Position numbers and translations under genes: made by a program. Positions 26,070 to 37,780 of a stretch of 64,000 bases of DNA are shown here, in pieces. The notes under the pieces are model-generated. The model did no database searches. It was given only the letters and a program-made list of their open reading frames with translations, and was not told the DNA's origin. How positions within the stretch are numbered: position 1 is the first letter of the stretch; the number at the start of each line of letters is the position of its first letter. This DNA comes from Raillietiella orientalis (lineage: Eukaryota), in assembly GCA_036172245.1 (NCBI GenBank), contig JAYWIR010000021.1:1240001-1304000 (forward strand). Reading direction: 5' to 3'.

Positions 26070-27080
26070 TGTTAATTACTTCGGCATCATACGTTTCGAG
26101 GCTCTTCCGACGTGAATTGTAATGGTATACAACACAGCAGGAGATCGAACTTGGAATGCTTCTACAAGAGAATAACATAATTGCAAATATTTGACAATCC
26201 CAAATTTGCTTGACAAGTATTTGTTGAACAATAATTTTGTGTGCAAGTGTTATAGATGGAAAATGATTTCTGATGACGGGTTTGTATGCGTTTCTCGAAA
26301 AGTTCCCTGAGGAACAAAGGAAAAAAAAAATAGCACGGTTAGTTTCTGAAATGTGAATGGCAATTCTTCCATGCAAAATCATTCATTCGCTCCAGAAGCT
26401 TCTTAGAAGAACAGAGAAATAAAGGGCATCTCGTTGTGGAGAAAATGGGCCATTTTATCGTGATCATTCACTGATCATTTTGGCTGATCACTTTTCCGCC
26501 CAAATGAAAAAGCGCTTTTCCTTCTGAAAAGGAAAGCATTAGAAACGGATCACGGTCTGTTGAATGAAGATATATGTTATCGGTTTAGTAGTTTTATGGT
26601 AAGTTATCCATAAAAAAATCTTGCGAGAATTAAGTCATGCCATTAGATGGAATGAAGCTACGAGAATGAACTCATAACTTTATCTTACACAGAGCTTTGC
26701 TTTGGAGGAATCAAAAAGCAAAATGGTCATTCTGATATATTTTTTTTCAGCAAATAGTTGCTTCCGATATGACATACACAGGATTTGCAAAACACAGCAT
26801 CCCATATACTCTGGATTTCAACACTAAATTTGAAATAGTGGATTTCCAAGTTTGCTCATGATTGTGAAGTATTTATTATATTTGGCCATGCTGAGAAGTC
26901 AAAGTAGTTGCTGGAGACTATATATTTGCGAAGTGCTCACTACGATTTATACTTTTTATGGAACAGAACCAGAAAGAAGACATCCATCTTCAGCAGTTTC
27001 GTCCAGAGTTGAATTGGCGATGCCTGCTTTGACATACTGGCACTTTCAATATTGTCAAATTTTAGTTTCATCTTTGTGTT
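26070..27080 (-). pseudogene. Candidate second mononegavirus L relic (region C-terminal to the RdRp core)
   Basis: Ordered weak matches: SRVYGMLCF, E*PFCFLIPPKQS (DP.SL.IP-like), DKMAHFLHNEMPFISLFF*E (L..FL...P..PRF..E-like), IWDCQIFAIML (W.CS...A..L-like). Confidence 0.45.
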
Positions 27081-27209
27081 TTTCCGTCTTTAGTTATGTG
27101 TAAACATCACATACAAATATATTCGAAGTTCTTAGAGCATCGGTTCTTGGAAACGTTTGGGTTGGGACTGCAAGCACGCGGGGAGACGGTAGCCACACGG
27201 ACGCCAACC

Positions 27210-27856
27210 CTGGCCAGTACCAAGCGTCGCGGGTTCAAATACCCGTGAGGGACCGATGCCGAGAAATGAGTGCGCCCTGGGTTTCGATTCCCTTCCTCAG
27301 GATGGCGCTGGTTAGCCGAGCTCTTCGTATGCGGCACTGGAGGAATCCGGAAACCAGATGCGCCCGTTGACTGGCCGAGATCGGAAGTTGAATCGCTGGG
27401 GTCCTTCCAGGATTCAAGTAAGAGGTTCCCTTAGGGATTTCCCTCCGGTTGTGAAAACGGAGCCGTGCCCCCCTCGGAGGGACCTTCCAGCGCGCTCCAT
27501 GAAGCTGGTTGATACATCTCCAGAGTGTAAGAAGCGCGCACTGCACCCTTCGGGGAAGCGCCCTTCAGAGAAATTTGGAAACGTCCCTTCGGGATTCTCT
27601 TCAGAGGTGTAAACAAGGAGCGGTACTCTTGCGGGTTCCCTCTAAAGAAAAAATTTCAGGAGCGGATCCCTTCAGGGACCCTTTCGGAGAAGAAATGAGG
27701 AGCGGCCTCCAGGGGTACCTCCTGAGAGAATAAAGAAGAGGTTCCCTTCGGGGTCCCTTCCCAAACGTAAGAGGAGAGGAGTCTTTCCTCCAGAACCTTC
27801 CTGGATTCATAGGCTGATCCCCTTTCGGGGTAGCCCCTAACTTGAAGAGTGACGCT
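27210..27856 (-). repeat. ~650 bp GC-rich element, copy B, inverted relative to copy A
   Basis: See copy A; units such as CTCCGAAAGGGTCCCTGAAGGGATCCGCTCCT repeat internally. Confidence 0.85.
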
Positions 27857-28014
27857 CACTATCGGGCGGCGAGGACAGTTTCAAAAAGATTCGTGAACCC
27901 CCCTAAAGAGGCAGATGGTTCTTCGAGTACTTAGTGAACCAAAGAAAAGAAAACTAAGAAAAGAAAAAGCTGGAACGGAAGCAGCGAAAGCAGAACCTGA
28001 AAGGATTTCCTAGC

Positions 28015-28450
28015 CAACAGATCTCTCCGTGAGGTCATTACTGGCCTTCTTGTATGCGGCATCCTTTGTTTTCTTACTAAGCCTGCCAACATTAGCATAT
28101 GCAACTCGTTCTAATCCCTTAAGCTTTAAATCAATCACTCCACGTTCATATCTTGTTCACATGGAGCTTCATCAAACAATTATATTTATCATCAGCAACA
28201 TTGAGTCTGGAAACTCGTCATACGGTAAATTCAGATTTTTCCTGACGAGTCTGACAAACCATGGCGGTGAAATTCGTGATGTAAGGACTATCGAATACAG
28301 AACAATAACGAATATAAGAGAAACAAGCAACTGAAAGCCACTAACGATTGCAGTAAACCATGACTGTACATTCTGATCGTACGTACCATACGTCCACCTC
28401 TTAACAGTATCATGATCGCTAAAGGATTTATCATTTATATTCTTTTACAG
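28015..28450 (-). pseudogene. Unidentified coding relic, possibly viral
   Basis: About 145 codons with only three clustered internal stops: ..DTVKRWTYGTYDQNVQSWF..WFVRLVRKNLNLPYDEFPDS..TRYERGVIDLKLKGLERVAYANVGRLSKK. Confidence 0.35.
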
Positions 28451-28499
28451 TGTAATCCAACATGCATGGGAACTTCTTCAAGCAATATATATGCAAGGA

Positions 28500-29450
28500 A
28501 CAAGGTAGGAATGTAGCAAGGGACCTCTTGGGTGCCTATAAATTCACCTACCCCCAACCCTCACATCAATCTCTGCCTCCGTGTGCATTACTTTTCACAT
28601 AGTACAGATGAAGCGGATTTATAAACAAACCGTATGCTAGTAATAATCGAGCTTTCTTATCCACTAAGCTTTCTTCACAGCCACTCTTCCATTCCTTGTT
28701 GCAAAGTAGGCGACGATTCTCCAATGTTCCACGTGCCGCTGAAAACACAAGAATCGATTCACCACGTCCCATTCCTCCAGTTCTGACATCATCATAGCAA
28801 ATGCAGCACTGGCGTTACTCGAAAGTATACATTTAGCTTCTGAAGGGGTTCGTGTGAATCCATTACCCAACCAAAGCCAACATTATTTCATTAAGAATAG
28901 TGGACAGTGAATATGGCAACTGAGTCGATATGATCCACCAAACGACATGAACCCGAGGACACCGAGGTGGCTTCCCACCTCAACAAAAAAGAATCTTCGA
29001 CACAGCTCAAAAAACTCTCTACATAGCCTCTGTTATCCCGTGTCTTCGTTGGGCACATACTTCCAACTTCCACCTTACCCCCAAAAGATTAGCACGTAGC
29101 TCCCACTGCTGTCGTAGAAGTTGAGGGATTCGATCTCCGACCGTTTTGCGAGGCACTGCAGAGGATTGCTCGGGACATTGCTTGAGCTCTTTTTGTAACA
29201 TTCTCTGATCGCGTCTGTTCAGCCTGCTGATGCTGCACATTGCTGTGCCCCCTTTTCGTCAGCATCCTGCATCTGTTGTGTGTTTTGCTGCCGTCGGCGG
29301 TGAAGAGTATACGCCAGCGACCGTGTGCTTCTAGTTCTGGAAAATTGGATGTGCTGATGTGGGAAGGGTGTGTGCCAGGGAACGAACCGACAGCCGAATC
29401 AGTGTGGTGGTTGGATTGCATCGGCCGGAAAGTCTTGTTGGCTTGCATTG
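28500..29450 (-). mobile_element. Decayed non-LTR retrotransposon C-terminal fragment
   Basis: RLNRRDQRMLQKELKQCP..VPRKTVGDRIPQL (GGLGIP-like), then GLFINPLHLY..CEGWG..APKRSL knuckle-like remnant. Confidence 0.5.
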
Positions 29451-29531
29451 TAGGTGTTAGGATCGTTAAAGTTGCCAACAAAGTATCTCTCTTGTGACCT
29501 AGGAAACATCTGCTTTCTACGGAAATGAAAC

Positions 29532-30573
29532 ATGGAACTTGTAGTAATAACATCAGCAATTATGTTTCTAATTTTTATGATGTTGCTGACTCAGAGGTAA
29601 ATCTACCCGGGTGCCATATGAGGATAAATTATTTCGAAGAGGTAGCATTGGAATTTGGGATGCACTGAAACCATTCATGCATTCTCCTTCACCTTCTGTG
29701 CCAATGGACTTTCAGAAGCTTGAAATTCCATGCGATGTAAAGCCAGTACTGGCACCCTATTGCACAGTTTCAAGTAATATATACAAGTTGAAGGAAGCAG
29801 CACGTTTCTAACATGCTAATGCTTTCCAGATGTTGCTCTAAGAATTTCTAGTAGTGCATTGTGTCATATTTACTCATATTGGGGTGTTCAAATCACAGAG
29901 TTTCAAAAATTCTTAGAATGTATAAAGTCTCATGATTTAACCTCTCAAAAAATTACTGATTATGTACTGGTAGCTGGAACTCCTTTCAAGTATCCTTGTG
30001 AACCTTGAACTTCTCAAGGAATGATAATAATCATCAAGTATTGTCTTTACTCATGTCAGATTTCATCCTTCACAGGATATTGAAAGAACATTTGTTCCTT
30101 CCACAAAAGTATACCCTGAAAAAGCAAAGCACCGTTCACATTATCCATTTGTGCTTGTAGTAACATTTCATGATTCCATGGATAGTTGTAAAGAACAGAG
30201 TCAAGACAGGCATTACATTTCTGGTTAGTTTTGCTGATTTTTTTGCATTTTAACAAGTTTCAGATGTTGTTTTTGTGATTCATATTCAAGATGAGTTTAA
30301 TCTACATGAAACACAAGTTATTTATAAGTATATTATAGCAAACTCAGGACAGATTTACTTCTTGAAGGCAAGTATTTCACTCTGTGCATTCCTCAGTGCA
30401 ATTTTTAGCCAATATTTTCAGGGGAAAAAGATGACTGCTGTGCAGTGTGTCAGAATTTGGAACCTGCAGTAGTACTGTTACCTTGTGCTCATGTACTTTG
30501 TTCATGCTGTGTTAAAAAAATTAAAAAGTGCCCTATGTGTAGAAGTGAAGTATTCACATATTTTGTTCAGTGA
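29532..30573 (+). CDS. CGRRF1: Cell growth regulator with RING finger domain 1 (6 coding exons)
   Basis: N-terminal TM MELVVITSAIMFLIFMMLL, IGIWD, YSYWGV, RSHYPFVLV, VIHIQD, IYKYIIANSGQIYFLK|PIF, C3HC4 RING CAVC..LLPCAHVLCSCC..KCPMCR; acceptor at ~29502 in the 5' UTR. Confidence 0.85.
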
Positions 30574-31208
30574 ATTATATTGTCCAGTGACTTCCCAGGA
30601 CCTTGTGCCAGGAAGTAGAAAGTGTTAGAAATAACAAGTTGTCAACTGAATTGCAAAATCAGAGGAAATAATGTCTGGAAGTTCCTCTCAATAACTTTGC
30701 ATTAATAGTGCACGTTAAGTTTTGTTGACAAAGAAAATCAAATGACTGAATGGTGCTCATAATTCTACAGAGCTGAATCATTCTCTTCAATAGCAGACTG
30801 ATTCTCAATCATTCCCATTTCCAATCTCAATCATAGGGATTATCATGATTTGTCATCTTTATTGCATATGAAAGCTAAGCTTGTAAGCACTATTTAATTG
30901 TTTTACACAATATTGGACAAAGCTTGATCTTAGTATTTGTAAATATTCTTTGTTTTCAGTTCTTTTTTTGTGCATGTAGTTTTGGAACCAGTTTTGCAAC
31001 TTTTAAGTAAACACCCTCTTGTTCAAGTACTGTGAGATTGGATTTTTGTTTTCCGATCACTGAATGTTTTCACAAAACAATGGAATTTGGAGTGTTAACT
31101 GAAAGCATGTACAATGAAAAGTAGCATACCTGTAGAGTAATAAATAAAGTCAGCATAACAAGTCAGTAAGCTGCCGTTTATTGTCATTACAAAAACTAAA
31201 ACTGCAGT

Positions 31209-33863
31209 TTAAGTACTAGCCTGAACAGGTTCTTCTACTGTTTCAGTTCCCCAAGACAAGTAGTCCACTTTTGTGGCAGCATGGTATTCATCAATTAGGT
31301 TTTGCACTACTTCTCTGGATATATCAAGCTCATCCAGATTTTCAGCAAACATTGCTTCCTTTCGGAACTGTTCTAAGAACGCTTCTCTTTTGCGTAATTT
31401 GTCATACTGCCTCAATGTACGCTCAAACAGTGATGCAATACTGGTGTGGTTAGCCAACATGAGTCCAGAAACACGATGGGTTGTCTGAACATAAGGGGAT
31501 TTACGGGACAAAGCTACCTGGATGCTTGCTGGTCCCCATGGTATGAACTGAGCAAGTTTACGTTCTCTTATGCGCTGCAGAGATTTGTGAACTTGAGTGG
31601 GATCTACTTCACCTTGAATGATATTGAGTATCGCGATATACACATGGGCTAGAGTTTTGTCATGGCTAGTGGATACCATCATGTTCTTAGGTTGCAGAAG
31701 TCGTCTCATCACATCTAGAACAGTGGTTTTGCGCACTGAAGTGACCTCTTGATCTGTAGTTAAAGGAGTATATCCAGTCATAAGGAAATGCAGTCGTGGT
31801 GTAGGTATCAGAGGAGCTACCAATCCTATTAGATCGTTGTTCATGTAAGAAGGATATCTAATACGTTTTTATAGCATCATACAATATGGGCTCATATTAC
31901 CTCAGGGTTGTTGTGCTTACAGACATGATAGTAGATACAAGAGTATTTATCTGTGCGAAACTAGGATTTGGGATGTGCAGCCTATCAGTAGCAATGCGAT
32001 TCAAAGCTGTGTTGTCAAGAACCACAACACAATCAGCACACTGAGTGAGTCGCTTGAGAGTAAGAAGAGAGTTGTAAGGCTGAACTACCACATCACTTAT
32101 TCGCAAATTATTAAGCAGATCTTCTTAGTTACATACCTGATCTCATCTTGGTTAGGAAACACACTGTATGTCTCAATGAGTTTCTTTGGAAAACGATCAT
32201 TGAGATTTTCTAATAGATATGATCCCATTCCTGATCCAGTACCCCCTGCAATTGAATGGCATAGCACAAATCCCTACATAATATGCAATAAACACAACAT
32301 GAAATGGCATGCAGACCTCTAAGCTATCACTTCCATCAGCTTCTCGATCAATGATGTCAAAGATCTCTTCTGACAGGCGTTCACCATGGCTATATCCAGA
32401 TGCCCAATTATTGCCTGCACCGCCACCATGTTTGCTCAGATAAATATTTTCAGGATTGTACAACTACAACAGAACTGAGCGATTTTATAGTTTCAAGTTT
32501 ATAAAGCAAACCTTGGCATATGGAGATGTCATAATGGTGTGGATAACTCTTGGTTCCAAATCCAACAAAACAGCTCTTGGAATATAGTGTTCATCATCAG
32601 CCTTGAAGAATGCAATTCATTTAACTTCATGAATATGGAAGTACTTATTGTGTACTATGTTCAAAAAACTGTAACAGAATCACCTGATAAAAAAAAACAT
32701 CCTTTCGATCAATTCCCTCTGTTGCATATTCTTCTAATATGCCTTCTGGACTGATCCCATGTTCAGCACATAACTTCTTCCAGAATTCAAAACCAACTGC
32801 AAACACAGTGAATTCAGAAACAATGATAGGGCATGCATTTTACAGCATATATCTTAACAAGTCAGGTAACTGATGAATGAAGACTGGCAGCAACAGAATT
32901 CAAAAAATGACTATCTGAACAACATCCAGGCCTTAGATATCAGCTTAAGTTCGATCTACATTTTTACGTCTTGAAAGACTACATGTGCTCTCAAGGACAA
33001 GAAACTTATAAACAAGCGTTTAAACTTGTTTTTTAAACTTCTTACTGATTCTTGAAATTTTTACAACTCTTTCTCAAAAGATCAAATTAATGTGAATGAA
33101 ATAAGGAAACAATTCAATTTGCAATCCGACAGCAAAGTACATAATTTTAAATCCAAATTCTAAAGGCTTTGTAGTGAAAACAACAAAACAAACATGGAAT
33201 TCAGTAGACAACATTCAATGACATAGCTACAAGCAAACTTGCATGACTGCGTTTAAAACAGTTAGTGACAGAAATAAAACACTACAAGTAAAGTTCCTGG
33301 TTACATTTTGAAAATATATTGAAGTACGCTAATGGGCTAAAGTACTGAAGGAACTAGAAATTAGATACACAATGTTACAAGAACGATTAATTTTCCTAAA
33401 TGCGTGTTCCCTTTTACATAAGTGAGACATCTTCATTGTACATCCTTTATACATAAAGAAATAAATGAAACCACTTGAGTAACTATGAATGAGTAACTGT
33501 GTCAAACCTCTGAATTCCATGTTACATGTATAAACCTGGTTCACTTGAACCTACTTTTGAATATTCGAACTCGACGAGTTTCTTGGCTAAAATAAAGTAT
33601 GAGCTACCTAACATTTTAAAAATTCGTAAATTATTCGTTGAGTACACACAGTTTCATGCATCAACGTGCAGTATAATTTAGCCATACAGGAAAATTTCGG
33701 TTTTTCACATGTATGCATCTTGAAATACCTTCATAATGCAATCATGGCGAACGATCAGGGAAACACAATCTAGCATGATGGACAAAAAGAGAAGCACATA
33801 ATAATCCAACTCACTCTGATTACCACATTGCCCAAGTTGCAATGTTATCATTTCCGAGGGCAT
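31209..33863 (-). CDS. TUBG1: Gamma-tubulin
   Basis: [16 protein letters not shown] first exon, [35 protein letters not shown], typical C-terminus; ~1 kb first intron, others 41-82 nt. Confidence 0.98.
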
Positions 33864-34039
33864 CTTGAACTCAAAATATCAGCACCCTAATTCCTACTCG
33901 TAACGTTGCACAATAAAGAATGCTATGCAGCACACCCCAGTAAACACATGGAAGCAAAATTTACTACACGTCCTTCAGATATGTGTGGCATATTTTCGCA
34001 TGTTCAAATGCATGGCTTCCCAGCTTCTTGCCGTTTGAA

Positions 34040-34130
34040 GTTTCCTCATCAAACCGACCGACCAGGCGCTTGCGCTCACGTCCTCGCCAATAATGCCAAT
34101 TTTTTTGCAAATTGGCGCCATCAAGTCGAC
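34040..34130. promoter_or_regulatory. Gamma-tubulin promoter, possibly bidirectional
   Basis: Local CpG cluster, two CCAAT boxes (34087, 34096), E2F-like TTGGCGCCA at 34112. Confidence 0.5.
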
Positions 34131-34399
34131 AAATGCAACAAGCTTGCTCTTACGCTGTATATAATTAATATTTATTCCTTATTCTAACTTTACCTATATA
34201 ATTCCAAGGGAACTACTAAAAACTGTTGTTAAATATCATTTTTAAAAAGAATCGTCTTGCAATGAGAAAAATGAAAATCGAAAGCGTGAAGATCAAATTA
34301 CAGCACACCTTTTCCAGTTCTGAAATGACGATTAGATGGATCTGTGAGTTCGTTGGCCAAAAGTTTTCGTTTCAAATAATGCGGGGGATTCCAGATCTC

Positions 34400-34700
34400 A
34401 TTAGTTGCTATGAAAACAGTGAATTATATAAATATTAATTATGCTAGTCTTCAGAACCCTTGCATCTAAAAAATCATTATTCCTGAGCAAAGTCTGTCCA
34501 GCATTGTTTACTTTTTTATATAAAGTTATTTCCAAAGTATCTTCATTTATTACTGGTAAATCTGCCACACGAGTTAAGCAGATAGATCAGATAGATACTC
34601 TAAAGTCTTGTTACTGTAGTTCAAAATTTCATCATCAAAGATTCAGCAAAACATTTTTCGTATTTCTCTCTGCTCACTGATGTGTTCCACATCTAGTTAG
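34400..34700 (-). pseudogene. Unidentified AT-rich coding relic
   Basis: Frameshifted IFDDEILNYSNKTLEYLSDLS / RVADLPVINEDTLEITLYKKVNNAGQTLLRNNDFLDARVLKTSII. Confidence 0.3.
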
Positions 34701-35039
34701 TAGGCAACGGAAGATGCTCACTTCAAGCCTCCGAAGCTTAAAAAGCGTTGTGCGAGACCAAAGGCTCAACAAACGTAACATAGATAAAGGAAAACTAAAT
34801 TTCCTTTCCAATGTTCAGCTACCTATTGAATAAAAAAAGAAGAGTGACTTTATTATCGATAACAGGGCAAGTAAGGGGCATGTCTTTTTGCAAGTCAAAG
34901 ATATAATGGATTCATTTAATCTCAGCAGTTGATTTTCGTTCACAACTTTCCTCCACCAAATTACTCTCAGTTTTGGTGGTATTGTTCGCAGATTTCACTG
35001 CTGAGATCCCAAACCTTGGTTTTGAGTTTGGAAATGATT

Positions 35040-36560
35040 CAACCGACCCACCAAAAAATATTATATCTCCACTCCTTGAACAGTTTATGTAATCCGTCCA
35101 GATGTTGACCCAGCTAACTCACCTTCTGAAGCAAGTAATTTCCTTTATACGTTATTTTGAGGGGGGCGCTTGCTGTCTAGAATGATTGCAAGTGTAACAA
35201 ATACAGATTTTCCGTAATTATTCAATAAAGCGCCACTTTGCTGTAAATAAGTCTCCTCATTTCCATTGAAAATAATTATGAATTACAATAAATCTTCATT
35301 TTTTACATTTTTGTGTTCCTGTTGAGACTGAGCAAAAAATTTTATTAGAGCGTTTTATGTTTCTTTCCAACAAACCAGTCATCACAGCATTATGAACTAT
35401 TTTGTTACTCTTTACATAATAACCTGTGATAAGTTCTCACGTCGTTCGCTAACTGCTTTAACTGTTAGTATCAATCTTAAATTTACTTCATAACTAAATT
35501 CAATTCTCATCCGTGCATCTTTTGGGCTATGCAAATGCTTATTTATATCAATCGCTGATCCCATCTCTTTCTTCAAGTTCATTGCCCCATATTTGGTGGA
35601 AACCATAAAGATGTAACACATCCTTATTGCACAATCCAACGCACCCTCGGATAGAGGGAGCCTTAACCCGTCTGAATTTCTAGCTTTAGTTTTATCTAGC
35701 ATTATTCCTTGATATTGCTCTACTACTTGTGAGTAACCAATAAAGTGCAGATAATCATGACGAAACATAGCAGCAACTTTGATATCCAAAATGAGAGCGG
35801 GAATGCATCCGAATGCATTGAGCAATGATTCTACGGAACAATTTAATTATCTCTCGATTTAGAATTGTCTTTTTAATGAATGACAAATCGATTTCTGGTA
35901 CCAACGCATCTACAACAAAACTCTTATCTCGTAAGAAATTGAAATAGAGATAATTTGGGGTAGTATGTCAAATGTGTCAAATAAACTTCGTGTCAACCGC
36001 TATAAATTTTGCCTTTTTTTTTTTTTTGTTGTTGTTGCTGTTGTCCACTCCTCACACTCGTTTTGCAGTTTTGATGTTGTACTCATTCGCATAATTTTTT
36101 TTAATGCGGTGGCCTTTATTTTACCACTTGGGATAAATTTTTGCGATGAACGACTTCTTGCGGAGCTTTCCCTTATTTATTGGCTTCAGTTTCATTTGCC
36201 AAACGAGCAAGTTGCTCCATCGTATATCACCCGATCTCCCCTGGATCTGCACCTGTGTTAGCATGAGCAAATGATATTAATCATCAAAGATGATTGGTTT
36301 TAAACTGTTGATTGAATTTCATTGTGCCCTGGTATATTCAAATTCTTCTGAGGTTTCAGGACATTTACCATGCACATTAGTTTTTACTATAGATGAAAGT
36401 TCTCGTATATCTGGCATAGATAAAATAAGCAATGCTGACATTCTTCCTTGTTACCTTCAAGCCCAAGGCGTTCAAGGCGACGGTGTATTTCATCTGCATC
36501 TTCTCATGAAAAATCACCACTGATCCATCTTCTGTAACAAGTGAGCTAAAACCGCGCACT
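35040..36560 (-). pseudogene. Endogenous viral element: orthomyxovirus-like nucleoprotein, near full length, decayed
   Basis: Collinear resemblance to influenza NP as recalled: VIYDGAT (LMQGST), GKIKATALKKIMRM (KGVGTMVMELIRM), RQNL*RLTRSLFDTF (RIAYERMCNILKGKF), ESLLNAFGCIPALILDIKVA (EDLIFLARSALILRGSVA), HFIGYSQV (EREGYSLV), KIVHNAVMTGLLERNI (QISVQPTFSVQRNL), SGDIIFFGG (EGSYFFGD); ~1.5 kb matches NP length. Confidence 0.65.
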
Positions 36561-36744
36561 TGTTCTGCCTTGCAGCCTACAGCGCTAGATCAAGAAGAAC
36601 TCCTTGCCTGTATCTCCCCCTGCAGCTACTGTTGAAGCAGCACCCAAAGGAAATGACCCTCAGCAAGAAATCAGTATATTGATGCTTGGCCTCAGTAACG
36701 ACCTATACTCCCGTCCAAAATTTTCAGTGGATGTTTGGCCGAGT

Positions 36745-37385
36745 TTTTTAAAACTTTTCTCGACGAACTCCGAAACATTTACTCGGTTTGGTGGAATCTT
36801 AAGAGTAACAAATGATGCAACTCCCAGTTCCAAAAGCTTGCCCCCCCCCCTCCTCTTTAGTATTTCTTGCCTATTTATTACCTGCTTCATCATTATCCAG
36901 TGATATGTTTGCCTTTAAGTTGGGACCAGTTAGCTTGAATCAGGAGATGCGTTCGACCCAAACATTAATCATCCCTTTCTCTGTTAATGTTTCTGCACAT
37001 TCTTCTCTTTCGACTAAGACAACCTTTCCAGATTTAAGGATGCCTGGAATTTTATATACAGACCTTATCCCTTCTGGCACAACAGACCTGTTTTTTCTAT
37101 ACGTCAAATGGTTTATACCGTTTTTTTCTTCCTTCTGGAGGATCATAACCGTAGACTATTACTAGCATTTTCATCGTAGTGGTTCCAACTACAAGTCAAG
37201 TATTATTCTAGATTTCTAATATTGTTTTGTCCTTCAAATCATCGAAGCCATTACTTCAGAAAACTCAGTCTTCGCATTCTTCCCGTGTGCAGCTGCCAAA
37301 GATCTGTAATGTTACACTGCCTCCGGTTGCAAAATTATTCCATAACCTGGCTTTACTGCCACTTAGTTCTACTCTTATACCTTCA
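36745..37385 (-). pseudogene. Wolbachia prophage WO RepA/Toprim-primase gene relic (horizontal transfer)
   Basis: IRVELSGSKARLWNNFATG, GKNAKTEFSEVMAS, NLE*YLTCSWNHYDEN, LVIVYGYDPPEG, YKIPGILKSGKVVLVEREECAETLTEKG, WSQLKGKHI, DNDEAGNK, KLLELGVASFVTLKIPP, NVSEFVEK in the order of the WO protein as recalled; frameshifted. Confidence 0.85.
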
Positions 37386-37559
37386 TTTGGTGTTCATTTT
37401 TGGGTATGGAAGCTTCACAACAAGAAATCAGCGATGTCAGGGGCAAAGTATAGTGTTTCTTCTTTAGGAAACAAAGCCATTCACTTATTTAGGCTGATGT
37501 TATTAAACAAAAGTAGGCGCAGAGCTTAGGCAAGAATGAGAAAAAAATTGAAAAGTGTT

Positions 37560-37780
37560 CTTCATGAGAAAGTTATGGTTGATCAGCGACAGGAAGGACC
37601 TCAGGATTTTGCGTTAACGGAGTTGCTTTTTCGAAAGGTGCCCTGACCTAAGTGAAGAAAGTCTCTTCTCCCCACTCGACCTCTGGACCGGGCTGGAATG
37701 CCATGCCCATCATTCAGCTCCTCTGCAGTTCCCCATGCAAACCCGTATGTAAAGCATCGTGACCATGTCCATGAAACAAG
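37560..37780 (-). mobile_element. Ty3/gypsy RT C-terminal scrap
   Basis: KATPLTQ../LRSFLSLINH resembles P..VKELRSFLGLVNYY. Confidence 0.4.

Noticed and set aside
27170..27295. tRNA gene suggested by two T-arm-like motifs
   Set aside because: No acceptor, D or anticodon arms; part of repeat copy B.
28242..28259. CTGACGAGTCTGACAAAC hammerhead-like core
   Set aside because: One-nucleotide loop and missing G of GAAA; no flanking stems.
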